DNA of 64,000 nt. Origin: an uncultured virus (IMG/VR IMGVR_UViG_3300027156_000007) (lineage: Duplodnaviria; Heunggongvirae; Uroviricota; Caudoviricetes). Shown in pieces: positions 1 through 7,864 of the stretch. The translations under genes were made by a program, and so were the position numbers. Where the stretch lies: the IMG/VR virus record IMGVR_UViG_3300027156_000007, positions 1-64,000 of that record; one strand, given 5' to 3'. Every line of letters starts with the position of its first letter. Positions within the stretch are counted from its first letter, which is position 1. Under the pieces are notes generated by a model. That model was not told the DNA's origin. It saw only the letters and a program-made list of their open reading frames with translations, and ran no database searches.

Positions 1-255
1 TTTTAAAGCTGTGTCTACTTGCACAGGAGCATTAGTAACTTGATTCAAAGAATGCTGAATACCGACAGAAAGACCAGAGGTTTGGATTCTCTTGCCTTTG
101 TCGTTTTTTTCTATTTCAACTAAAGTGCTATCTACCTTCTTCTCTTCTTTGGCAATGACCTTTTGATTGTCATCTATTTGCTTAGAAGGTTTAATTGTAG
201 AAAAACATCCCGTTAATGCTAACAGGACAGAGAGTAACAATAGGGACTTCTTCAT
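1..255 (-). CDS. Lipoprotein (partial, runs off window); possibly spanin-like
   Basis: Not in ORF track; read by hand: MKKSLLLLSVLLALTGCFSTIKPSKQIDD..., signal peptide with lipobox LTGC followed by a charged helical segment; GTGTAATA motif 6 nt upstream. Confidence 0.7.
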   Translation of the reverse strand, partial: MKKSLLLLSVLLALTGCFSTIKPSKQIDDNQKVIAKEEKKVDSTLVEIEKNDKGKRIQTSGLSVGIQHSLNQVTNAPVQVDTALK

Positions 256-261
256 GCCTAT

Positions 262-269
262 TATTACAC
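262..269 (-). promoter_or_regulatory. GTGTAATA motif (putative phage late promoter)
   Basis: Same 8-mer recurs just upstream of several starts, mostly virion-type genes. Confidence 0.6.
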
Positions 270-291
270 AATTAATAATCTAATTATGTAT

Positions 292-1599
292 TTATCTACT
301 GATCTCTTCCCAGTCTATTGAGGCGTATACGTCGTCTCCAGCGTTTTTAGAAGCTATAATTAAAGTTAATTCAAAACCAGTAGAAGTAAAAGTATTTCTT
401 TCTAATTGGAATTTAAATAAAGCTTCTTTTAGAATATCTATTACCGCTTGGCCTTGAGTGTTTGAAGTCATGTATCCAGAAGCTAAAACTCTACCGCCTG
501 AGAATGATGTTCCTGAAATATTGTATTGAACTGCTGAATTCGCGCCAACATCAACCCATTGTCCACCATTAGTGGTTCCAGAAGCAACCATTCGCCAATT
601 AAATACTGCATTGTTTCCAGTACCAACCATGCTTAACGCAGTTAAAATTACAATAGCATCTAAAAATCCAGATTTTAATTTAAGAGAAATAACTGGATAA
701 TAAGTATTTGCAAGGGTACAGTCTCTTGGAGCGTCTAAAGGAATAGTTACTGCTTGTTGTAATCCGCGAAGTTCATAACCTCCTTCAGAAATTACCGTTG
801 AACAAATTTGCTTTAATGTACTTGCTCCAGAAGTCGCGGCAGCATTTTTAATTTCATAACGAAGTGGTAATGATGCTGTTGTGATATAAGTTGAATTGAT
901 TATGTTTGCGTGATGAAAAGAATGGGCGACAATAAATTTACCATTTATAATAAATCCGCAACGCACGGTTCCTAAACCTAGCCATTCAATATCCATCCAA
1001 AAAATTTGAGCTTTAGAAATATCTAAAGTTAAATTAGAGCTACCGCTACCATTTAATTTATCACCATTCCAAGACGATTGAGGAACTCTAGTTTCCATTA
1101 AAGAACCGCTTACAGAGGTTCTTTCGACAAAATTTAAATTAGAACCACTAAGTTCTATATATATTCCATTATCAGAACCGTAATATCCAACTCTTTGACG
1201 AAGGTCAGCTTTTGGTGCTTCCATCACTGCGGTATTCATTATCAACAGTGATTTTCCCGGTTGATAAGAACATACTTTTGTAGTTTCTCTAATAATTTCA
1301 TCATTAATACCACTACCAATTGTTAAATCAACTAACCCTTGATTAGTATTAAAAATTCCTGTAGCTGTTCCTGAAGTAAAGGTATTCCAAAGGCCATTAT
1401 CTTTATATCTGTGGCTGGAGTCAAATAAAGTCATTGGGCTAGAAGTCCTTTGACGACCGAAAGCGTCATTTTGAGTACCAGCAGAGCTTCCTCCAGCAAA
1501 ATCAGAGTCTAGTATTGGTCGCCATTGAGCCAATATTGTATCATAAATATAATTTGATGATACATGGGGAAGCGTTGGAGTTGTATCGTACATATACAC
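292..1599 (-). CDS. Putative virion structural protein (start probably ATG 1593)
   Basis: 435-aa beta-rich, G/S/T/N-rich ORF with DAFGRQRTSSPMTLFDS motif of a type seen in aquatic phage virion proteins; preceded by GTGTAATA. Confidence 0.55.
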   Translation of the reverse strand: MYMYDTTPTLPHVSSNYIYDTILAQWRPILDSDFAGGSSAGTQNDAFGRQRTSSPMTLFDSSHRYKDNGLWNTFTSGTATGIFNTNQGLVDLTIGSGINDEIIRETTKVCSYQPGKSLLIMNTAVMEAPKADLRQRVGYYGSDNGIYIELSGSNLNFVERTSVSGSLMETRVPQSSWNGDKLNGSGSSNLTLDISKAQIFWMDIEWLGLGTVRCGFIINGKFIVAHSFHHANIINSTYITTASLPLRYEIKNAAATSGASTLKQICSTVISEGGYELRGLQQAVTIPLDAPRDCTLANTYYPVISLKLKSGFLDAIVILTALSMVGTGNNAVFNWRMVASGTTNGGQWVDVGANSAVQYNISGTSFSGGRVLASGYMTSNTQGQAVIDILKEALFKFQLERNTFTSTGFELTLIIASKNAGDDVYASIDWEEISR

Positions 1600-1601
1600 T
1601 C

Positions 1602-1609
1602 TATTACAC
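1602..1609 (-). promoter_or_regulatory. GTGTAATA motif
   Basis: Immediately after a terminator, 8 nt before ATG 1593. Confidence 0.6.
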
Positions 1610-1610
1610 T

Positions 1611-1634
1611 AAAAAAGCCGCCTTTCGGCGGCTT
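1611..1634 (-). terminator. Intrinsic terminator
   Basis: AAGCCGCC-GAAA-GGCGGCTT followed by TTTT on the minus strand, directly after the tail-collar gene. Confidence 0.85.
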
Positions 1635-1643
1635 GAGTGTTTT

Positions 1644-1895
1644 TTAATCTGGTCTAGCGGGGTATAAGCCTTGGGTGCAAATTATATATTTTAAACTTGT
1701 CCCCGCTGCTATCGGGGTTTTATTTAAATTAGGAAGGCAGAACGTAACTCTTCCATCTCCTCCATATTGAGTGCCAAGGATAGAAAACAATGCAGTATAT
1801 TGCTGAATTGATAATGTTTGACCATCGCAATACATATAATACTGTGGGCTATATGTTCCTGCGAATAATTTAATGTCTCCTAGATATTCTTCCAT
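1644..1895 (-). CDS. Stand-alone phage tail collar domain protein
   Basis: YLGDIKLFAG...YMYCDGQTLSIQQYTALFSILGTQYGGDGRVTFCLPNL is the tail-collar signature. Confidence 0.85.
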   Translation of the reverse strand: MEEYLGDIKLFAGTYSPQYYMYCDGQTLSIQQYTALFSILGTQYGGDGRVTFCLPNLNKTPIAAGTSLKYIICTQGLYPARPD

Positions 1896-1903
1896 AGATT
1901 ATT

Positions 1904-1911
1904 TATTACAC
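1904..1911 (-). promoter_or_regulatory. GTGTAATA motif
   Basis: 8 nt upstream of ATG 1895. Confidence 0.6.
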
Positions 1912-2412
1912 TAATTTAAAAACATCACTAGGCTTTCCTCTGACGTTGCGCTTCTCGCCAATCTTCTTAATAGTATTTTCAAAAACCATTTGTTTAACCT
2001 TAAGATAGAGCTTAGGATAAGGGATCTTGTTTGTAACGAGGAGATCTTTCATGGTAAACTCTCCTTTTGGAATCTTTAATTCAGCTTGAGTATTCTCAAC
2101 TTGTTCTTGCTTGTTTGCCAAGATCTCTTTATGCCTATTAATAGCAGTATCAAAAGAAATGCAGTCAAAGCCAGTCCTGCCAAAAGCATTATTATTAGGG
2201 TAAACCCACTTAGCCTCAATAGTTTTGCCATGAAACACGAATTGATCTTGTCTTTTAGGCTTAACCAATTCATACTTTTTGGTTTTTGTGGTCTCTTTTG
2301 TCTTCTCGTAGATCATCCAGCCGCCTTCAAGCTTTTTCATGAACTTGAACTGGTAACCTTTGTGAGTGAATTCTTTGGGGACCAAGAGATAACCGTCCTT
2401 ATCTTTTTCCAT
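1906..2412 (-). CDS. Hypothetical protein, basic C-terminus (possible winged HTH)
   Basis: 168-aa ORF in a co-directional run; C-terminal GEKRNVRGKPSDVF resembles a wing. Confidence 0.55.
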   Translation of the reverse strand: MEKDKDGYLLVPKEFTHKGYQFKFMKKLEGGWMIYEKTKETTKTKKYELVKPKRQDQFVFHGKTIEAKWVYPNNNAFGRTGFDCISFDTAINRHKEILANKQEQVENTQAELKIPKGEFTMKDLLVTNKIPYPKLYLKVKQMVFENTIKKIGEKRNVRGKPSDVFKLV

Positions 2413-2635
2413 TTTTTCTATATACTTTGTTATACTTACTAATTGTTTGTTTCATCAGGATATTGTCTTTTGAAATGACTACATATTCATCGTCAATCAA
2501 ATGAAGTAAGTCTCCTGCTTGAAAATTATCCCCCACTTTGGGTTGGTGGTATTTTTTTAAGTCTTTTTCTTTGAGTTCCATGATGTTTACTGGTCTGTTC
2601 ATTGTTAACTGGCTTATTCCAGTTAATCTCATCAT
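2399..2635 (-). CDS. Hypothetical protein (start may be ATG 2582)
   Basis: ORF packed against neighbours on the coding strand. Confidence 0.45.
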   Translation of the reverse strand: MMRLTGISQLTMNRPVNIMELKEKDLKKYHQPKVGDNFQAGDLLHLIDDEYVVISKDNILMKQTISKYNKVYRKNGKR

Positions 2636-2693
2636 AGTTAGATTTGAACTGTTTACTAAAACAATTTCTAGGATTGCTTCCTTTTCCGTTCAT
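2526..2693 (-). CDS. Small hypothetical protein (55 aa)
   Basis: Not in ORF track; MNGKGSNPRNCFSKQFKSNYDEINW..., GKGSxPR...NYDxIxW pattern typical of small phage proteins. Confidence 0.45.
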   Translation of the reverse strand: MNGKGSNPRNCFSKQFKSNYDEINWNKPVNNEQTSKHHGTQRKRLKKIPPTQSGG

Positions 2694-2859
2694 TTTGTTC
2701 GTTTGATAACAGAGATTCCATTATTTCAAGTCTCGTTTTCTCAGAGTATTGAGTCCAATCAGCGATTTGCTGCCAAGACCTGTTGCAACCTGTACAAAAA
2801 CCATCTTTTAATTTACAAAGTCTGATGCAAGGGGTTGAAACCTTAGCAGCAGTGTCCAT
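2668..2859 (-). CDS. DUF1289-like Cys-rich protein
   Basis: TPCIRLCKLKDGFCTGCNRSWQQIADW matches the PCxxxC...CxGCxRxxxEIxxW pattern. Confidence 0.75.
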   Translation of the reverse strand: MDTAAKVSTPCIRLCKLKDGFCTGCNRSWQQIADWTQYSEKTRLEIMESLLSNEQNERKRKQS

Positions 2860-3088
2860 TCTTTTGTTGAGTTATCTGCTTTCTACCATCAACCATGTCG
2901 TAGAATTTAGTATAATAGTCTTGAATAATCTTATCGATATTCTTAACTATGCGGTTTGGTTGTTCGCTGGCATCAATGCTGCGAATATTTTTTGCCAGTT
3001 CATTCAATAGTTTTTTATTTTGCGACACTTTAGTCTCCTTTTTCAATTCTGTAGCTGTCTTCATCGAAGTGCTGGGTACTAATTTCAA
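2843..3088 (-). CDS. Hypothetical protein (start may be GTG 3028)
   Basis: ORF in co-directional run. Confidence 0.45.
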   Translation of the reverse strand: MKLVPSTSMKTATELKKETKVSQNKKLLNELAKNIRSIDASEQPNRIVKNIDKIIQDYYTKFYDMVDGRKQITQQKNGHCC

Positions 3089-3380
3089 TAATTTCGCTAT
3101 CTTTAAGAGCAGAGAATTGGTGAATCATCCCTGTTGGGATATGGAAGCTATCACCTCGACCCAAGGTGATCCAGTTATTTCTTGCGGTTTTTTCATCCAT
3201 GCCATAATGCAAGACAATTTTTCCACTTTGTACATAGAAAGTTTCATCTTTTATCTTGTGATAATGAAGACTACACTTGCGATCTTTAACAACGAAAAGA
3301 ATTTTACCGCAGTACTTATCGTTATTAACTATCCACTTCTCATATCCCCAGCCTTTGGGTACAAAATGTAATTTTGACAT
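3030..3380 (-). CDS. Cupin-domain protein (sugar isomerase-like)
   Basis: PKGWGYE, SLHYHKIKDETFYVQSG and FHIPTGMIHQF cupin metal motifs. Confidence 0.8.
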   Translation of the reverse strand: MSKLHFVPKGWGYEKWIVNNDKYCGKILFVVKDRKCSLHYHKIKDETFYVQSGKIVLHYGMDEKTARNNWITLGRGDSFHIPTGMIHQFSALKDSEIIEISTQHFDEDSYRIEKGD

Positions 3381-3381
3381 A

Positions 3382-3585
3382 TTATTTTAAAAAAGATTCT
3401 ATTTTCTTTATTGTCCCGTAATTATTGTAAACATAATCAAAAATCCAATCCTCTGCCCTTTCAGGCATATCTAATTGAGAAAGCAAATTACTATATAAAG
3501 CAGTTTGCTCGTCTTCTAGTTTATTAATTTTTCTGCGCGTTTCTTTAATTAGTTCGCGCTGTTCATCAGTAAATTTCATATCCAA
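3382..3585 (-). CDS. Hypothetical protein
   Basis: 67-aa ORF, tight packing. Confidence 0.5.
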   Translation of the reverse strand: MDMKFTDEQRELIKETRRKINKLEDEQTALYSNLLSQLDMPERAEDWIFDYVYNNYGTIKKIESFLK

Positions 3586-4229
3586 AGAATGTCGTAATAC
3601 TTGGCAAATAGAGCGAGGCCATTATTTTTTCTTTCGTTAAGCTTATTAGATTTTTCCATATAACGTTTCCAATCCTCCTTTTCTTCTATGCTCTTTTCAG
3701 AGTTGAAATCGAAAGCCTTACCTTTAAAAGAAAGACTCTCTGGCAATTCGCACATCTTATCTCCATCAATAATATACTCAAAAGCAAAAATCATTTCGTC
3801 AAGAACGGCTTCCATTTCTTTGACACCTTTTTCTTCAGCGGCTGTCTGCTCGTCGCCCTCAAGGAGATGAAAATTGTTTGGCAAGAAACAAACAGGGATT
3901 CCAGTTTTTCCTTTCTCCTTAAAATACTTAAGGCGAGGCAAGGTAAAGAGAGCAATGTTGTATCCTAAAGAGTAAACATCATCATCAGAAACTCCATAGC
4001 GAATTTTCTGATACTTGCATTTAATCCACCACCTAATATTCCCCGGCCAATACCTAGCTTTCCATGCTAATCTGAACGGAACGAGATCAAGCAAAAAGTC
4101 TATATACTTATTATAAACATATCCATGATCAGAGAACATCTCGTCAAAAACTTTTTCGTTTTCTTCTGCGATTTTTCTCTGTCTAGCGACCTCTTCTGGA
4201 GATCTAAAATCAAATTCTAATTGATGCAT
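3576..4229 (-). CDS. Hypothetical phage protein
   Basis: 217-aa ORF with LPRLKYF...LDEMIFAFE...GLALFAKYY pattern. Confidence 0.6.
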   Translation of the reverse strand: MHQLEFDFRSPEEVARQRKIAEENEKVFDEMFSDHGYVYNKYIDFLLDLVPFRLAWKARYWPGNIRWWIKCKYQKIRYGVSDDDVYSLGYNIALFTLPRLKYFKEKGKTGIPVCFLPNNFHLLEGDEQTAAEEKGVKEMEAVLDEMIFAFEYIIDGDKMCELPESLSFKGKAFDFNSEKSIEEKEDWKRYMEKSNKLNERKNNGLALFAKYYDILWI

Positions 4230-4599
4230 TGTAATTGTCTATGTATTTTTTAATGTTTTCTGCACCCACGGGATTCATTGAGTGGACTTCGTATTCTGGG
4301 TGAGGTATACCTTGATCTTGACAAACCTCAACCAAATACTTAGCGCAATCGTAGCCAGTCTTTTCTTTATATTTAGAGTAGTCAATTTTATTGGTTTCTA
4401 GGATGATTTTAAGATCACGATAGTGCTGCGCCCCAAGATCATGATCATAACAGATAAAAGCAGGAACGCCCTTTATCTTTATTATATCCCGAAACTGAAA
4501 AAAATCACGGGCAATTGTCCATTCGTATTTTGGAATTTGCACCCATGTGACATCTTCTGGGTATCTTATATCATCTAAAAATATATAATAACTTTTCAC
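4210..4599 (-). CDS. Cyclic-phosphate-processing receiver (cREC-like) domain protein
   Basis: IFLDDIRYP, YDHDLG, TGYDCAKYL and HSMNPVGAENI motifs; start reassigned to GTG 4599 because the longer ORF runs through the tRNA. Confidence 0.75.
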   Translation of the reverse strand: MKSYYIFLDDIRYPEDVTWVQIPKYEWTIARDFFQFRDIIKIKGVPAFICYDHDLGAQHYRDLKIILETNKIDYSKYKEKTGYDCAKYLVEVCQDQGIPHPEYEVHSMNPVGAENIKKYIDNYNASIRI

Positions 4600-4605
4600 T
4601 TGATA

Positions 4606-4680
4606 TGGAGCCACGCTACGGAATCGAACCGTACTCTGAGGTTTACAAAACCCCTGCATCGCCGACTATGCTTGCGCGGC
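4606..4680 (-). tRNA. tRNA-Thr(UGU), CCA encoded, non-canonical core
   Basis: GCCGCGC/GCGTGGC acceptor stem, GCAT/ATGC D stem, GGGGT-TTTGTAA-ACCTC anticodon arm, TACGG-TTCGATT-CCGTA T arm, TCCA end; 75 nt. Confidence 0.9.
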
Positions 4681-5571
4681 AAACTCTTTGAGTTTAAAGA
4701 TCGCTAAATCCTTACTCTTCAATTCTATGTCAAAGTCTACATTCTGTCCAAAGTTTTTTGGATGATTAAGCGGCATATCTGCGTGTTTGCGAGTACCATC
4801 TACGCCTTCAGAATAATGGAACAAAGGTTTGGTAGGCCAAGTGCGGTAAGCGTCATTGAAAGCTTCTTCATCAGATTGGTCGCCATGCAGCAGAGACTGG
4901 TGCAAGGAATCGAACGTAATAGGAATCCCATGTCGCTCATAAAAGTACTTTATAAGATTCTTGATTGACCAAGTGCCGTTCTTGTTGTCATTGACCTCAA
5001 GCACCAATCTATCTTTTACACTAGGATTGAGGCGATTGTAAACTGAAATAAACTTCTGAGAAAGCTCTTCTGGGTCGCCATCTTGTCTAATGTGAATATT
5101 GAGAGGAGAGCGATAATCTTTTGGGCAGTCAAACAGATCGAACAAGAGAGCGTGTTCATTTAGATCTCTGATTGAGTTGTTAATGACTTCTTCTTTCTGA
5201 CTGGTGAAGCTTACAAACTCTGGGGGGTGAGCGGAGATTCTGATGCCCGATGTCTTGATCTGATTTTTAATCTTGTCAATAATAGAAAAAATCTCTTCCG
5301 CATCGTCAAGTTCAGTGAGATCAAGATTAAGATCAGGATGACTAAGAAGAGGAGTAATTTCGCTAGAAAGTCGATAAGCTCCGATTTGATTTTCATTGCA
5401 ATGAGCTATCGTTTTGAACGTGACGTTGAAGTTGTTGAGAATCCTCTTGGAGAGAACCTTCATACCTTCTTCTCTGCCAAGAGTTTTGAATCTGGTGTAC
5501 GTCAGGGTTTGAAATTTCTCGCCCTTTTCGGACAAAACAAGGGAAATGCAGCAAAGTCCATAATTTATCAC
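4666..5571 (-). CDS. uvsE: UV DNA damage endonuclease
   Basis: GLCCIS, YRLSS, RISAHPPEF, NIH, RLVLEVND, PITFDSLH, HYSE, HAD and DIELKSKDLA motifs of the UvsE/UVDE family. Confidence 0.9.
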   Translation of the reverse strand: MINYGLCCISLVLSEKGEKFQTLTYTRFKTLGREEGMKVLSKRILNNFNVTFKTIAHCNENQIGAYRLSSEITPLLSHPDLNLDLTELDDAEEIFSIIDKIKNQIKTSGIRISAHPPEFVSFTSQKEEVINNSIRDLNEHALLFDLFDCPKDYRSPLNIHIRQDGDPEELSQKFISVYNRLNPSVKDRLVLEVNDNKNGTWSIKNLIKYFYERHGIPITFDSLHQSLLHGDQSDEEAFNDAYRTWPTKPLFHYSEGVDGTRKHADMPLNHPKNFGQNVDFDIELKSKDLAIFKLKEFAAQA

Positions 5572-5577
5572 GCACCC

Positions 5578-5605
5578 ATCCTAGCGGTTCGCAAGAGGAA
5601 AGCAA
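5578..5605 (-). promoter_or_regulatory. sigma70-like promoter, leaderless uvsE-tRNA transcript
   Basis: TTGCTT-16nt-TAGGAT, 6 nt before GTG 5571. Confidence 0.55.
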
Positions 5606-5607
5606 GG

Positions 5608-5835
5608 TCAAAATTCGAAATCTTCTTCTTCCATGCGCTTGATCAAGTTGTCGATTCGGGTAACCTCTGCCCCAGCCTTGTTTTTCAAGCAGATAAGATT
5701 ATTTAAATGAAGAAGAGTTTCTTTCTCATCTTTGGCTTCATTAAGAAGTTTCATTGTCGCTGCAATTTCCTTCTTTAACCAAACAGAAGTTTTCTTAATC
5801 ATAAGACACTGATTTTTTGCTTCTCTTTCAGTCAT
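5608..5835 (-). CDS. Hypothetical protein
   Basis: 75-aa helical ORF, ATGA overlap with the upstream gene. Confidence 0.55.
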   Translation of the reverse strand: MTEREAKNQCLMIKKTSVWLKKEIAATMKLLNEAKDEKETLLHLNNLICLKNKAGAEVTRIDNLIKRMEEEDFEF

Positions 5836-6284
5836 CTTTGAGCCTTTATCTCTTCTAGGATAGCAAGTAAATCATCATCATAATTACTAACCCAACCACT
5901 ATTGAATCCAGCTTGATCTTTGCAAAGAGTTTTAATCCAACCTTTTGAATTGGTTCCTACAGTTTCGTTAAAAACTCCACTCTCCTCACAAATGAAAGAG
6001 CTTAAAGATTCTGCTGCGACTACATGGCCGAAAATTTCTTCGTTGTCAGTTCCAGTGTGGTAAACTCTAAGAGTTCCAAACTTTTCTTTAACTTGCAGAA
6101 CGATGAAAGAATCTCTCTCCTCTGGGGGTTTATCTTTGTTTATGTAATTGAGAGAGTTTTCAACTCGCAAAAACATCCAATTTAAGATAAAAAACCACCC
6201 ATCAGAGCAATCAAATGAAAGTCCTTTAGAGTCAAAGAACGAGGAGAAACGATTGCAAAGATAATTTTCTAGTTTTGCGTTCAT
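5832..6284 (-). CDS. Conserved hypothetical phage protein
   Basis: CSDGWF...VLQVKEKFGTLRVY...ICEESG...GWIKTLC pattern common in phages. Confidence 0.65.
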   Translation of the reverse strand: MNAKLENYLCNRFSSFFDSKGLSFDCSDGWFFILNWMFLRVENSLNYINKDKPPEERDSFIVLQVKEKFGTLRVYHTGTDNEEIFGHVVAAESLSSFICEESGVFNETVGTNSKGWIKTLCKDQAGFNSGWVSNYDDDLLAILEEIKAQR

Positions 6285-6580
6285 ACCTTTTCAGATAAGT
6301 CTTCGATTACAGTATTTGATGTATCCCATTTAAGATACTTAGCTAAACCCATTATATCAAATAATTCATCTTTTGCCCAAAGAATTTCTTTGTATGCGCC
6401 AAGGTTAGACTCTCTTTCGCTTATAGATCCCATTGCAGCACAAGAAGAGTAATTGTAAGCGAAGTCAACAGAGAAATATTCGTTCTCTGTTTCTCCCTTC
6501 CATATCTCAACTAAAAGTTCTAAATCGGTATTAAAAAATTTCTCCATCAAAGTCAGGCGAACAATTTTCAATTGCCTCAT
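6281..6580 (-). CDS. Hypothetical protein
   Basis: Start set at ATG 6580 (ATGA overlap with the GT gene stop). Confidence 0.5.
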   Translation of the reverse strand: MRQLKIVRLTLMEKFFNTDLELLVEIWKGETENEYFSVDFAYNYSSCAAMGSISERESNLGAYKEILWAKDELFDIMGLAKYLKWDTSNTVIEDLSEKV

Positions 6581-7242
6581 GTACTTAGAAGGATTTTCTT
6601 TTCGTGCTTCACTATTACTTGTGGATGTATCCATACTTTATGACCTTTTTCTTTAGCTTTGAGGCAGAAGCCTACGTCTTCCATGCAGAAGTCGTGAGCG
6701 TTGCCAATATTAAAAAAGATCGGCTGGAACCAAGGATAATCCAAACTCTCAAAAACGCCTTTCTTAATTAAGATAAAACCAAATCCAGTGTAGTCAGCTA
6801 CAAAGGGTTCTGTTTTACCCACTACATCTTCTCTCTGAACGAACTTAAAGTAACCATTTTTTTCAAAAAACTTTTCGTCCCAATCGACCACGGTAGCAAA
6901 TTGATTTGGCTCTCTTGAACCATTAGTCATTAAGTATAAACCAGAAGCAATATCCTTCTCCATTTGAAGAAGCTTAATAAAGTCTTGAGGCTTGAAAACA
7001 ATATCAGAATCTATCCAAAGCATATAATCATAATCAAAAGAACCTCCCCAAGGTTTTTGACTCTTGCCAGCTTGGACATTGCCGCCAAGGCACATATTTC
7101 TTACATAGTAAATGTTACAAGATTCCTTTCTTGAAAGAAATACATTAATGTTGTTGTGAAGACACCAATGATAGAATTCTAGAAAAGAATCAAAAAAAGA
7201 CCCGGAAAAGTTATTTCCGGGGATGCAAATAACTAACTTCAT
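6577..7242 (-). CDS. GT2/GT-A fold glycosyltransferase
   Basis: YMLWIDSDIVF (DxD), TGFGFILIKKGVFE, MEDVGFC and C-terminal H. Confidence 0.8.
   Translation of the reverse strand: MKLVICIPGNNFSGSFFDSFLEFYHWCLHNNINVFLSRKESCNIYYVRNMCLGGNVQAGKSQKPWGGSFDYDYMLWIDSDIVFKPQDFIKLLQMEKDIASGLYLMTNGSREPNQFATVVDWDEKFFEKNGYFKFVQREDVVGKTEPFVADYTGFGFILIKKGVFESLDYPWFQPIFFNIGNAHDFCMEDVGFCLKAKEKGHKVWIHPQVIVKHEKKILLST
7192..7221 (-). terminator. Terminator-like hairpin inside the 5' end of the GT gene
   Basis: CCCGGAAA-TAACT-TTTCCGGG followed by TCTTTTTTT on the coding strand. Confidence 0.45.
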
Positions 7243-7250
7243 AATAAGAA

Positions 7251-7397
7251 TTACTTCTTCGGCTTCTTCTTATCTTGATTTAAACAGATCGCAACACGCT
7301 GCTTTTGATTTGGATACTCGTCCTTTGGAATGTCGGTCATACAACGTCCCATGAACTTTTTTGAGTCTTCACCTTTGCGTTTATTTGGTACTGGCAT
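7251..7397 (-). CDS. Small hypothetical protein (48 aa)
   Basis: Not in ORF track; MPVPNKRKGEDSKKFMGRCMTDIPKDEYPNQKQRVAICLNQ..., recognisable small phage protein motif (FxxRC...EYP..QRxAIC). Confidence 0.7.
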   Translation of the reverse strand: MPVPNKRKGEDSKKFMGRCMTDIPKDEYPNQKQRVAICLNQDKKKPKK

Positions 7398-7398
7398 A

Positions 7399-7560
7399 TT
7401 ATTTAATTTTAATTTTTAACTGCAAATTTTTATTTGATTTTTCTTGGATGTAATTTTTTGCTGCGGCTTTTCCTTCTTTTGTATGAGGGAAAGCTCCGTA
7501 AGTGTAATTATTTTTCTTTGAAATTACAACATAGAATTTTTCACGTTTTAGTTTTGGCAT
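7399..7560 (-). CDS. Small basic hypothetical protein (53 aa)
   Basis: Not in ORF track; MPKLKREKFYVVISKKNNYTYGAFPHTKEGKAAAKNYI... fills the gap between neighbours exactly. Confidence 0.55.
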   Translation of the reverse strand: MPKLKREKFYVVISKKNNYTYGAFPHTKEGKAAAKNYIQEKSNKNLQLKIKIK

Positions 7561-7829
7561 TTTTTTCCTTTTCCTTTTTTTTCTACCTTGTCAATCTTAA
7601 CGAGAAGATCTTCAATTTTCTTTTCCTCTATCTTTTTGCGAGCCAAAAAAGTGCCAAGTTTATAACGAAGATCTTCTAATTCACTTTCATTTTCTAAAGA
7701 GAAATCTTGTTTTTCAAGATCGTCTATTTTTTGGATAATCTTAGATGTTTGATTAATCCACCAATTGGTGCTTTTCTGAAGTAAAATAGCTTCTCTAAAA
7801 ATTTCATTCTCTTCAGCAGTCATATTCAA
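7548..7829 (-). CDS. Hypothetical coiled-coil protein (start likely ATG 7823)
   Basis: ORF downstream of a GTGTAATA motif. Confidence 0.55.
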   Translation of the reverse strand: MNMTAEENEIFREAILLQKSTNWWINQTSKIIQKIDDLEKQDFSLENESELEDLRYKLGTFLARKKIEEKKIEDLLVKIDKVEKKGKGKKCQN

Positions 7830-7839
7830 TTACATCTTA

Positions 7840-7847
7840 TATTACAC
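7840..7847 (-). promoter_or_regulatory. GTGTAATA motif
   Basis: Intergenic, upstream of ATG 7823. Confidence 0.55.
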
Positions 7848-7864
7848 ATTCTATTTTATCGTGT

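Noticed and set aside
4600..4659. N-terminal extension of ORF 4210..4659 (MQGFCKPQSTVRFRSVAP)
   Set aside because: It is the tRNA-Thr sequence read as codons; the domain begins at GTG 4599
7502..7509. GTGTAATT on the plus strand as a late promoter
   Set aside because: Lies antisense within a small coding region with no credible downstream plus-strand gene
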